Source of the DNA: Rhina ancylostomus
Taxonomy: Eukaryota
DNA: 64,000 nucleotides
Reading direction: 5' to 3'
Assembly: GCA_030265395.1 (NCBI GenBank)
Contig: JARFYF010000017.1
Location: 19,153,778 to 19,217,777 of the forward strand
A program made the translations under genes and the position numbers. A model generated the notes under the pieces. It was not told the origin of the DNA and did not search any database. It saw only the letters and a list, made by a program, of their open reading frames with translations. Positions 51,403 to 62,880 of the stretch are shown in pieces (position 1 is the first letter of the stretch; every line of letters starts with the position of its first letter).

Positions 51403-52149
51403 TTTTTACTCTATTAATATTTTGTCTCACTTTTAATAATTTTGAAATGTCTCTATTGACTGGAGTAGAAGCTCTGCCTCCAGCCTTGCCATATGATGGG
51501 GATGGAGTCTTAGAAGTGCACTGCCTGAGCTTCACTCTGCTTCAGCAGCCAACTCCTGGGTCCAGAAGGTCAATAACCTGTGTACAATCTGAGTAAGTGC
51601 AGACAGCAGGGGCCTGGGCAATGGAATGAGTTCAGCATGATCTGATCCATTCATCTTGCCAACGTTTTAAGTGGTAATACTAAATTAGAATATCACTAAC
51701 AATAGCATGAATGTTGGCGATGTTATGTGTAGATACTGGCCACAGAGAATGCAAAGATGTGGTTGGGTATCTTCAATCTGAGCAGGACTTACTTTTGACC
51801 CTGGTCGTGGGACAATGCAGTAATTTTATCTTTATAGTGCACTCCAGCCCTTTATCACCAAGGGGTGTATGGGAATTTAAGTAGGATTCATACTGATTAT
51901 ACATATTGTTCAAGTGCCCAAATGGGCTCTTAGGTTTCTTCCACTCAAATGCAAACCACACAGCCAGAAGAGAAAAGGAAAATAACAAATTGACACACTG
52001 CCCTACAGATCTTAATCTTTGGAAAACTGGCAAGTCCAAAGAAGTTCCTGTCTCCCCAGTTTCTGGCTGGGCACCTCAGCATTGTGATATCATAGAATAT
52101 ATGTTAAAAGGAAAACAAAGGTCTGAATTTCTCTCAAGCCTGTCATGAT

Positions 52150-52548
52150 GTGTCAAAACATTTTAGACCCAATGAAATACTTTCTTGAAGTGCAATGACA
52201 GTTAATGTCAGGATCTGGCCAGCCAATTTGTACACAGTCAGCTCCCAAAAAATAGCCATGTGTAAATGATCAAATAATTTTGTTTTTTATTAGCATTAAT
52301 TGAATGATATCAATTGACCAGTACCCAACAGTGAATTCTCTTGCTCTCCTTTGAGATATTATCATACCATGTTTCCCAGCTATCTAAGAATACAGATGAG
52401 ATTTCAGAAAGTTAGCACCTTCAGCCAGGATTATTTCAGTACTACAATGGAGTATCAGGATTGATTTTTTTTTTACATCTCCAGAGTGGGATTTGAACCC
52501 ACAACTTCCTTATTTAATTGTGAAAACTTTACCCATTCAAGCAAGGAG
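52150..52548 (-). mobile_element. DeuSINE (SacSINE1-like), older copy
   Basis: gagtgggatttgaacccacaac (B-box on the minus strand) and cagccaatttgtacacagtcagctccca (Deu core), in reverse orientation to the 45061 copy. Confidence 0.7.
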
Positions 52549-52594
52549 GGCACATAATAATTACATAAATGTTGAGCTGATGATGGCACAGGGT

Positions 52595-52815
52595 TAAGAT
52601 ACTGGTCTAATAATAAAAGGGTCTGAGAAATTGGTCCATGAGTTCAAACTCCACAATGGCAGCTGGAGAACAAATATTCAATTAATGAAATAATCCTGGG
52701 AGGAAAGGGATAATAGGTAACTTGAGTAATGATAATCAGGAAACTAACATGTTTTCATTAAAGAACAATCTCCTTAAGGGAGGTAAACTGCCATCGTTGC
52801 CCTGTGTGGCTTATG
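52595..52815 (+). mobile_element. Old tRNA-derived SINE
   Basis: catgagttcaaactccacaatggcagctgg (B-box-like)...tccttaagggaggtaaactgccatcgttgccctgtgtggc. Confidence 0.55.
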
Positions 52816-52869
52816 TGCGACATAACAATGGAGGCTGAGTACCCAATGAAGTGACAGCAAAAGCAAAGG

Positions 52870-53378
52870 CCACATGTGGAATATTACATGCTATTCTGGT
52901 TGCTGCATTATAGGAAGGAAGTGGAGGCATTGGTGGGGTACAGGAGAGATTCACCAGAATGTTGCCTGGATTAGAGACCATTGGCTCTAAGGAGAGGTTG
53001 GACAAACTTGGATTGTTTTCTTTAGAGTGACAGATCCTGAGGGGCAAACCAACAGAAGTGTGTAAAATGATGCGAGGTATTGATAGGGCAGATAGTCTGA
53101 GTCTTTTGTTCAAGGTGGAAATGCCAGATACTACAGGTGAGAAGGGAAAAGTTTAAAAGGAGATTTGTGAAGCAAGTGCCTGGAATGGTCTGCTAGGGAA
53201 GGTGGTGGAAGCAGATATGATCACAACAGTTAAGAGGCATTTAGACAAGCACAAGAACAGGCAGAGGATGGAGAGATGTAGACTATGAACAGGTAGATGG
53301 GATTAGTTTAAATTGGAATCATGGTCAACACAGACACAATGGGCTGTAGGACCTCTCCCTCTGGATCTATGTTGTATT
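52870..53378 (+). mobile_element. CR1 LINE C-terminal and 3' end
   Basis: ggtacaggagagattcaccagaatgttgcctgga (VQ.RFTRMLPG) and gagaggttggacaaacttggattgttttc (ERLDKLGLF). Confidence 0.9.
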
Positions 53379-53431
53379 TAAAACACCAAATATACCAAAC
53401 CGCTAGAATGAAAAAATGAACTACCTAGCTT

Positions 53432-53547
53432 CAATCTGATGAAAAGGTTATCTGTCTGCAAAGTTAACTGTTTCTTTCTCCTCAGAATCTGCCTGGTTGC
53501 TATTTCCAATACTCTGTTCTTCTTTCAGATTTCCAGCATCTGCAGTT
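53432..53547 (+). mobile_element. Older Penelope-like short element
   Basis: tctgatgaaaaggtta...aaagttaactgtttctttctc...ttcagatttccagcatctgcagt. Confidence 0.6.
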
Positions 53548-54214
53548 AGGTTACTTTTCATTAGCTTCAATGTAATAGAGTAATGGAGTAAAATTGCACT
53601 GTCACAATGTTGATCCAGAGCAAACTCAGAACCCAAATGCAGCAAACTGATACAAGACTGGGGTCAGGATACTTCCTCAGGACAACAGGTAGTAACTGGA
53701 AGGAATCTTGCCTCAGATGAGAAGGGGAATCCCAACACAAACTGGATCTTCACAAAGGAATAGAGAAGACAGGACTGCTCTAGAGTACACCACTAAGCAA
53801 CTGGAACCAAAGTATACCCAAAGGTAAACCAATACTCTGGCAACTAGTGCCAGAGAAACACAGGTTCTTNNNNNNNNNNNNNNNNNNNNNNNNNNNNNNN
53901 NNNNNNNNNNNNNNNNNNNNNNNNNNNNNNNNNNNNNNNNNNNNNNNNNNNNNNNNNNNNNNNNNNNNNNNNNNNNNNNNNNNNNNNNNNNNNNNNNNNN
54001 NNNNNNNNNNNNNNNNNNNNNNNNNNNNNNNNNNNNNNNNNNNNNNNNNNNNNNNNNNNNNNNNNNNNNNNNNNNNNNNNNNNNNNNNNNNNNNNNNNNN
54101 NNNNNNNNNNNNNNNNNNNNNNNNNNNNNNNNNNNNNNNNNNNNNNNNNNNNNNNNNNNNNNNNNNNNNNNNNNNNNNNNNNNNNNNNNNNNNNNNNNNN
54201 NNNNNNNNNNNNNN

Positions 54215-54770
54215 NTATCTACCTGTGACACTACTTTCGGGGAACTATGTACCTGTACTCATTGGTCTCTCTGTTCTATAACACTCTGCATTCACCGTGA
54301 AAGTTCTACCCTGGTTTGACTTCCCAAAATGAAACAACACATATCCAAATTGAAAGCCATTTGCCAATCTTCGGCCCATTTACCTAGCTGTCATTTTTGA
54401 TAAGCTTCTGCAATGTCTATGATACCACCTATTTTAGAGTCATCTGCAAACTTACTAACCGTGCTTTGTACATTCTCATCCAAATTGTTTATATAAATTA
54501 CAAACAATAATGGGCCCAGCACCAATAGCCGTGGCACACCACTAATCACGGGCCTCCAGTCTGACAAACAACCTTCCACCATCATCCTCTGCTTCCTATT
54601 ATCAAGTCAATTATGAATCCACTTAGCTAGCTCTCCCTGAATTCCATGCAATCTGACCTTCCAGACTAGCCTTCCATGCAGGACCTTGTCAAAGGCCTTG
54701 CTTAAGTCCACAAAGACTATTTCCACTGCCCTGCTCTCGTAAATCCTCTTGATTATCTCTTCAAAACATT
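54215..54770 (-). mobile_element. CR1 LINE RT core
   Basis: Minus ORF 54391-54585 VEGCLSDWRPVISGVPRLLVLGPLLFVIYINNLDENVQSTVSKFADDSKIGG. Confidence 0.93.
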
Positions 54771-55524
54771 GTTAATAATTAGGCCCTGGACTTTTTCGGA
54801 AATGCTGAAGACTATACTGGGCTATGGACAATCCTTAAAACGATGTGCCAACCCGCTTAAGCTACAAGATATGGATGCTAAACACCAGAAGCATCACGTT
54901 ACAGAAGAAAAAACTAATTCCACAAACAATGTATCATAATCAAAGTTTTGCCACATCCAGATGTAATTAAGGGTGGACAATTAAAGAAAATAGATAAATA
55001 TCAATCCTCAACAACGGAGATGATCAACAACCAATGCAAAAGACAAGGCCAGAGATTTTTGCAACAACTTCCAGCAAGGAGTGCTAAATATATTATCCAT
55101 CTCTATCAGTTGTAAAAAGTCTTCACCATTAGACAAATCTAATTTGATTCACATTACAGGATACTGCAAAACACCATTGGACACTGACAAAATCTCACTG
55201 TGGTGATGCAGACAGATGCTTCAGATATGGCCATACCTTTTTCAAGCTATTCCAGTGCAGCTACAATATCTTAGCGAGCTAACAATGTGGGAAAGTGTTC
55301 AATCCATAAGTATCAAGGCAAGTCCAAGCCAGACTGCCCCATTGGACTATTCTCAATTTTCAGTAAAGTGAGGAAAGGTGATTTCATCAGAGAAGTCAAG
55401 CAGCATTTTAGATTATGCAAGGGCAGTTCAGTTCCAGAACTCACCACACCCTTGATCCAAACATAAGAAAATGGAGCTGAGCTCCAGAGGTGAAGTGAGA
55501 GTGAGTGAACTTTATCTGCTAACA

Positions 55525-55595
55525 CAATATAACACTCTACACAAAAGATGCATTTTACTGTGTGTTTCGATGTACATGACTAATAAAGATATTCA
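55525..55595 (+). mobile_element. 3' tail fragment of the SINE family at 24994
   Basis: gatgcattttactgtgtgtttcgatgtacatgactaataaaga is the reverse complement of the 24994-25035 tail. Confidence 0.75.
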
Positions 55596-55715
55596 ATATG
55601 ACTTCAAGGATCTTTGGTAAAGCTGACACCAATAGGAATCAAGGTCCATTCTTGTTATAAAGGAATATGGTTGTGGTTATTAGACATTGATTGTGTAAAG
55701 CCCAAGATATGAGAG

Positions 55716-55980
55716 AGGTACAGCACAGAAACAGGCCCTTCAGCCCACCAAGTCCGTGCCAGCCATCAACTACCCATTTACATTAATCCTAGATTAATTC
55801 CATTTTTATTCACCTCAAGTTCACATCAACTCCCTACCCCGCAGGTTCTGCCACTCATACACAGACGAGGAGCAATTTACAGTGTATGGTCACAGAGAAA
55901 ACATGCGAACTCCACACAGAGAGCACTCTGAGTCACTGGTGCTGTAAGGCAGCAACTTGACCAGCGGCACTACAGTGATG
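55716..55980 (-). mobile_element. HE1/V-SINE-like SINE
   Basis: Tail ggtacagcacagaaacaggcccttcagcccaccaagtccgtgcc and head gtcactggtgctgtaaggcagcaacttgaccagcggcact. Confidence 0.85.
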
Positions 55981-56574
55981 CAGGGAAGTATCCATGGACC
56001 AACCATCTTATGCTGCTTCGTCAACCCTCCTTCCAGCATAAAATCAGAAATGAGGATGTTTGCTATTGATTGCACAAAGTCCAATTCCATTCACAACTCC
56101 TCAGATAATGAGGCATTCCACGCCTGTGTGCAGTGGGATCTAGACAACATCAGTCAATGACTGTGTTTAATAAACATCATAACCACCTTCCCCAAGAAAT
56201 TAACATTACCAGATACCCCATCCTCAACATCCCTGGGATCGCCATTGGACAGCAACTTAACAGGACGAGCCATATAAATACCGTAAGGCAGAAGTTGGGT
56301 ACCCCGTTGTCTAGTTCATCTTCTGACACTGCAAAACCTTTCCACAAGTTAGGAATATAATGGAGTTCTCAACGCCTGCTCAACTGAGTGCAGCTCCAAC
56401 AACATTTAAGAGGTTTCACACTCGGGCATGGCAAACCATTTGATCAGTACCTTAAAATTCACTCCCTCTTTCTGCTTGCAGCTTATGGTGACGGCAGTAC
56501 ATATCTTCAATAAAGTCTTCAAAGCTGACTTTTCAAGGCTTCCTTGACAATATTCAAATGGTTACAGATAATCC

Positions 56575-57155
56575 CAAACACATGTACAACTGTGCAAAAT
56601 GTTGGTGAGACCACATTTGGAGTATTGTGTGCAATCTGGTCATCTAGCCATAGGATGTCATGAAGATGGAAAGGGTGCAGAAAAGATTCACAGGGATGTT
56701 ACTGGGACAGGAGGGTTGAGTTATAAGAGAGACTGGATAGGCAGAGGCTTTTTTCCTTGAAGTGTAGGAGGCCGAGAGGTGACCTTACAGAGGTATATAA
56801 AATCATGCAGGGCATACGTAAGGTGGATGGTCACAGTCTTTCTCCCAGNNNNNNNNNNNNNNNNNNCAAAGGCATAGATTTAAGGTGTGAGGACAAAGAT
56901 TTAAAAGGGACCTGACGGGCATCGATTTCACACAGAGGGTGGTGGGTATGTGGAACAAGCTGCCAGAGGAGGTGGAAGAGGCGGGTATAATTACAACATT
57001 TAAAAGACATTTGGACAGGTAGATGGATAGGAAAGGTTCCAAGGGATATGGGCCAAACACAGGCAAATGGAACCAGCTCAGGTAAGCAATGGGGTCTGCA
57101 TGGACAAGTTGAGCTGAAGGGCCTGTTTCTGTTCTGTATGACTCTCTGACTATGA
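56575..57155 (+). mobile_element. CR1 (HER1-like) LINE 3' portion
   Basis: ttggtgagaccacatttggagtattgtgtgcaa (LVRPHLEYCVQ), ending gctgaagggcctgtttctgttctgtatgactctctgactatg. Confidence 0.92.
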
Positions 57156-59860
57156 TATGACCACTACCAGCAAGAAGAACTAGGGCTAGCTGGAAATACT
57201 ATCACCCCCTAATTCCTCTCTAAGTCCCATATCATTTCCAAATTGAAAATGTTGCGTTTCCTTACCTGTTGCTCAGTACAAATCCTGGAACACCCTATGT
57301 TTCAACACTGTGTGGGGACTATCACCATAAGGGGGGGCATTGCTTCTTAAAGGCAGACAACTGCATAAACAATGAGCTGTCAATGCTGGCTTTGCCAGTA
57401 ACACCCAGGATGTGAACAATCAAAGCAAACAGTTACCACTTGAATTCTTAGCACTCAACTGCAAAGCAAATTTATTAAAATATATTCCTAATTAATAAGA
57501 GATAGAGCTATTTTTCTGCTCTTCTGGTTATTTCTTTTGCACTAACTGCCTCACCCTTCAACTCTATTACCTCTCAAGACTTTCATTTCTTTCCCATTTG
57601 TTTTCTGCTTTATGTTTCTCAGCAACTAAGAAAATTATAGATGTCGCTGACAACAGGGCAAGTAGGGTAAAAGCTTTACCAAATTTTACGACCAGAAATC
57701 ATTCAGATTTAATCTTTGTTCAAACTCTATATTTCCTTGCATCCAAGTGAACATATGTGTTTGGTTGGAACAGAACACAAGTTGCACAAGGTGACGATTG
57801 ACATTGTTTTATTTTTATGATGACTTCTGCTAGTCTGGCATGATTTGACTCTTCAGTAATTTGGACATGCATGGAATCTAAGTTTTCCTTCTGAACAGCA
57901 AGGTTTGTGTTAACAAAATCTTGTCTCATTGATTCTCGGGTGTTAATTTTGTGAGATCCACAAATGCCCATTGAAGACTTTTCTTCAGCCATAAACATTT
58001 TTGCCAAATCCTTATGATGAAAGAATACATGTGTAAAAGTGTAATTCAGAGAAACATTTTGAATGGAATTATAAAATGTTTCATAAAAGCAAAAATTTGT
58101 GTATTTGGTGAATGTTAAAATAAAACTGCTGATTAATTTTGGCAAAACCTACTTTAGGAGAAGACAGAGGATCAAATTAAAACTCTCATTAAGGACACAT
58201 TATTGATATTATCTTTGTTGTTCAGTAAGAATCGCTGTATTTAAGATTTGCTTATAGTTATGAAATATATGGATGACCCAAACCTCATTTTCAGTTTCAA
58301 CTCAGTTATCAGACCCTCAGCGTTCTGCTTTATGTAGACATGCATTTTAATGTCTGTGTTTATCTCTGTAGAGTGACATAGTGTAGTTGCTGAAAGCTAT
58401 AGAGATGTCTGGTATTTGTCTACTCTTTTAGCTAATCTATAGGTGGGCTGCAAGTGGAAGAACGGAAATGTATCAGACTCTTCTAAATTAAGGCCTGTAT
58501 CATAGTTACTGAGCTGATTTCATAACCGGGCTTTCTTGGTTGCTTAGTTACTTGGATAATTACACCATGAACTTGTAAGGCTTTTACACCTGATATAATA
58601 AAGGTCTGAAAAATGTGCTAGGTTCTGCCTATTCACAGTCAATGAGCAGAAAATGTCACTTAACACTATAACAATATAATGGCAATTGTAAACTGGGAAG
58701 CTCCGTATTTAAACACAGAAGAATTTACAATATTTAGTTGCAATAGTTTTCTGTTTTCTGGGGCAGACATACAGTCACTTGTGGTCCAAAGAATCTGTTT
58801 CTGATGGATGGAATGATCCTAAATATGCCAACATTAGTTTAGGAAATGTACAGTAGGATAAATCATTATAACTAAAATTTGGCATCTCCAGAGACACATA
58901 GGATGGTATGAGGGAACTCAAAGCACAGGACCGACTTCCCATGTGAGGAAGACCAGATAACTCTTAAATCATTAATGCTAATTTAATCAAGTGGATTATG
59001 AGCTTTATGTTTTACCACTGTGGAATAGAGTTCACTCCCACAGAATGCAAACCCCAGTTCTCCTTTAATTGCGTCTGACAGAGGAACTGCCTGACATTGC
59101 ATTGTAACTATTTCTTCGTGAAGCATTAACATTCTGATCGCATTGAAAAGAAACTCCCCCAGTGTCTGAATTGTTGAAGGTAAATGTGCCATACAAAACA
59201 GATGGTCCCTGTTCAGCTTCCCATTGAGTGAGAAGGCGAAAAAGCTGTAAGCATGTTCCTGTGTTAAAGGGGGAAAACAATCCCAGCTCCTGTTCAGGTC
59301 CAGAATCAAGTGGAGGCATATATAGGCTAAATGAAGGAAGCTTTTGCACTAATTCATTCACTCTTATAGTCAAACAGCCTGAATAATGTACTGGGGTTCT
59401 CTATAGCCGGGCGTTCCAGGAAAGATGTGGCATGGGAGGAAAATACATGAAATACACTATATCATATTAAAACAGTCATTTGCAATACCATGTGTGAATC
59501 ATGTCACATCACACTTTTCCAGAGAGGATTCCACAGGACAGTGATGATCTTCTCCAGCTTGCTCTGTCATTTCCCACTCGCTCATAAATTCTTCATAATG
59601 GTTTCTCTAAACTATGTCTTTAACAAAATTTCAGAACAGGAGTTTCCCTGTGTATTTCCCAATCATCCATAGTAACTTTGGATCAGAAAGCCCAAAAACA
59701 TGTAGAAGGAGGTTTCAACTGATCAGAAGCTTCAAGGAAATTCCTTGTAGATATAAAGTACAGTACAGTCTATGTTAAGGCTTCAAGAAGTTTTGGCCTA
59801 GTTCATAAATTAAGAGTTAGTTCGAGTTTATAGTGTCCTCTGAAAGCTTTGATGTTTTAG

Positions 59861-59914
59861 AACCTTGTAAAACTCTTAGGAATCTGTTACCCTTCACATC
59901 TCATACACTAACAT
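59861..59914 (+). repeat. 54-bp dispersed direct repeat, copy 1
   Basis: aaccttgtaaaactcttaggaatctgttacccttcacatctcatacactaacat; 51/54 identical to 62567-62620. Confidence 0.95.
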
Positions 59915-60576
59915 TTAGTTTTTTTTAATGAAGAAACCTAAGTCAAGGAGTCACACTACAGAACGCTACCAAGGTTAAAATGAGCAAAATAAATCAGGAA
60001 AGCAGTTAGAAGAGATTGGACGATATTATATGCACACAAATGGACATTGTGCTGGTAACTTCCTGCTGCCCTCAGGCAGTTATTGATATCCATGTAGAAA
60101 TCTTACCCACAACACCTAAGGCTTTATTTTTAACTTCTCTATATCACTAATGACAAGACCCAAAAGCTTCATTTAATCTGGAAAATCCCATTGATAAGAT
60201 GTGATAAGGTCAGGGTGATCTGAAACAAATGCATTCTTGTTTGTTAAAGATCACACAAATGGCATTCTCTAGCATGTACACTTCGGCACAGGATGTATTA
60301 CAGGAGAGCTTCTTTCAGCTTTCCAACCAGCACCCCACAACTCACCCCCAACCCACTAAATCCTGAACAATATGAACACATTGCTTCATTTAAAATTTTA
60401 AATGCGGCATTATGTGGTTGCAAAGGTTTAAGTTAAGCTATGCTTGCATAATTATTGCTAATTATAGTAGCTATTTCCATTGTCGATTACTACTGTAATG
60501 ACAAGTATTGTCATTATAGTAGCAATCAATAATGGAAAAAGCTGCTATAATTAGTAGTTGCATGGCTGCATAATGT

Positions 60577-61720
60577 CGGAAAAACATTCGGACAGATAAG
60601 TCTCTGGGACCGGACGGTATATTCCCCAGGTTATTACGGGAGGCAAGGGAAGAGATTGTTGGGGCATTGACGATATTTGCATCCTTCCTGGCCAAAGGAA
60701 TGATCCCAGAGGATTGGAGGATGGCTAATGTTGTTCCCTTTTTCAAGAAAGGTAATAGGGATAATCCTGGGAATTATAGACCACTGAGTCTTATGTCAGT
60801 GGTGGGCAAGCTATTGGAGAGGATTTCCTAAGGATAGGATTTATGAGCATTTGGAGAAGCATAGTCTTATTAGGGATAGTCAACATGGCTTTGTGAGGGG
60901 CAGATCATGCCTCACGAGCCTAACTGAGTTTTTCAAGGAGGTGACAAAACAAATTGATGAAGGTAGAGTGGTCGATGTGGTTCAAATGGACTTTAGTAAA
61001 GCGTTTGACAAAATTACCCATGGTAAGCTCATCCAGACAGTCATGAAGCATGGGATCCATGTAGACTTAAGCATGGTGGTTAAGAAGGCATATGGTGTGC
61101 TGACCTTCATTAGTCAGGGGATATGAGTTCAAGAGTGGCAAGGTAATGTTGCAGTTCTATAAAACCCTGGTTAGACCACACTTAGAGTATTGTGTTCAGT
61201 TCTGATCACCTCATTATAGGAAGGATGTGGAAGCTTTAGAGAGGGTGCAGAGAAGATCTACCAGGATGCTGATTAGAGAACATGTCTTATAAGGAAAGGT
61301 TGAGCAAGCTAAGGCTTTTCTCTTTGGAGTGACACAGGATGAGAGGTGACAATAGAGGCGTACAAGATTATGAGGAGCATAGATAGAGTGGACAGCCAGC
61401 ACCTATTCCCCAGGGCGGCAATAGCCAATACCAAAGGATATCCATTTAAGATCAGAGGAAGAATGTTCAGGGGAGATATCAGAGGTAGGTTCTTTACACA
61501 GAGAGTGGTGGGTGCCTGGAGTGTGGTGCTGGGGGTAGAGGCTGAGAAAATAGGGACATTTAAAAGGCTCTTAGATAGGCACATGCAAGTAAGAAAAATG
61601 GAGGGTTATGGGCTAAGCAGGAGGGAATGGTTAGATTGATCATGGACGAGGTGTTCATATACTTCAGCACAACATCATGGGCTGAAGGGCCTGTACTATG
61701 CTGTGCTATTCTCTGTTATA
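60577..61720 (+). mobile_element. CR1 LINE ORF2 with internal deletion; best-preserved copy in the window
   Basis: PEDWRMANVVPFFKKGNRDNPGNYRPLSL, SQHGFVRGRSCLTSLTEFF...MDFSKAFDKITHG, then a jump at ~61060 to VVKKAYG, LVRPHLEYCVQF and a complete 3' tail. Confidence 0.95.
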
Positions 61721-62566
61721 TAATATAAATTTGGAATTTTATAGAGTGCAGTGTGAAAGCCAATGATTTATGGTCATAGAAGATTGGGTCTAGATAGGGC
61801 AATTCCATGTTATCACAATAATGGTCAAGGAAAGATGACTGGGAACCATAAGTGTAGCAATATGATTAAATTATTATAGCTGCAACTGGTGCCCGTTGTA
61901 ACCATCTTGGCAGGAGATAACAGCAAGATGGCAAATAGAGTAGTAAACAAGGTCTGTCAGATAGCNNNNNNNNNNNNNNNNNNNNNNNNNNNNNNNNNNN
62001 NNNNNNNNNNNNNNNNNNNNNNNNNNNNNNNNNNNNNNNNNNNNNNNNNNNNNNNNNNNNNNNNNAACAAGGTATGTCAGATAGCTCTGGATGAACAGGA
62101 GTTCAGAAGTACAGTCTAGATGATCGGGCAACAGCTGGAATTGCCTGAGAATTCATCATAAACAGATGAATGAGGTAAGGTGAAGTAAGATATTGATGTG
62201 TAATTGATGGAATGTAGCAGATGGGATCCTTTAGATTATGGTATCATGGCCCCAGCTTCTATATACATATGTAGGTATATGACAGATGAAGGAATCAAAT
62301 TTTATGTCCAAATTTGTGCTTGTCACCAGTTTAGGGCAGTTAAGTCATGTTGATAAAAGTAGCAAGTTAAAAAGGGAAATGACAAAACTAACTGAATGAG
62401 TAAAAACAATGGTAGATGAATTCCACTTGAAGCAATGTAGGATCTTCAAGTTTGGACCCAAGAAAGACAAAGGCTGAAACAAAAGGTGATGGGACAGTGG
62501 GGTGAGTTGGGTGGTGGTGCAATATAAAGTGAGGACAAGATGCTTCTGTTGTACATACTTTGTTCA

Positions 62567-62620
62567 AACCTTGTAAAACTCTTAGGAATCTGTTATCCTT
62601 CACGTCTCATGCACTAACAT
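62567..62620 (+). repeat. 54-bp dispersed direct repeat, copy 2
   Basis: Matches 59861-59914 with 3 transitions. Confidence 0.95.
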
Positions 62621-62729
62621 ACATATTTATGTCTGTAAATTACATACAGTACTCAGGTTTGGGCACCAATCCTCAGGAAAGATATATTGGCCTTTGGAAG
62701 GATTGTGCATTGTGACCAGAATGATATTT

Positions 62730-62880
62730 TCATTTATTCATTTATTGGATGTCAAACTCACTGACATATATTGCCTATCCCTAACAACCCTCCATAACAT
62801 GATGGTGATCTGCCCTCATGAACTGCTATAGTTCCGATGAAAGGAGTTCTGGATTTAGACCCAGTGATATGACAGAATGA
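62730..62880 (-). mobile_element. 3' end of the old LINE family seen at 54930-57420
   Basis: tattgcctatccctaacaaccc...gatggtgatctgccctcatgaactgc...ggagttctggatttagacccagtga is the reverse of that family's tail. Confidence 0.55.

Larger units (their letters stand above)
54930..57420 (+). mobile_element. Old non-LTR retrotransposon (CR1/L2 group) ORF2 and 3' UTR, hosting three nested insertions
   Basis: caagctattccagtgcagctacaa (KLFQ.SY), gactgccccattggactattctcaattttcagtaaagtg (YRPISLLS..SKV-like), cagggaagtatccatggaccaaccatc (QGS..GPT) and atgtttgctattgattgcac (MFADDC-like). The tail ends atgctggctttgccagtaacaccc. Confidence 0.75.

Noticed and set aside
60851-61639. Reverse transcriptase ORFs as an active element or a retron-like system
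   Set aside because: Ordinary vertebrate CR1 with frameshifts, stops and a deleted catalytic core.
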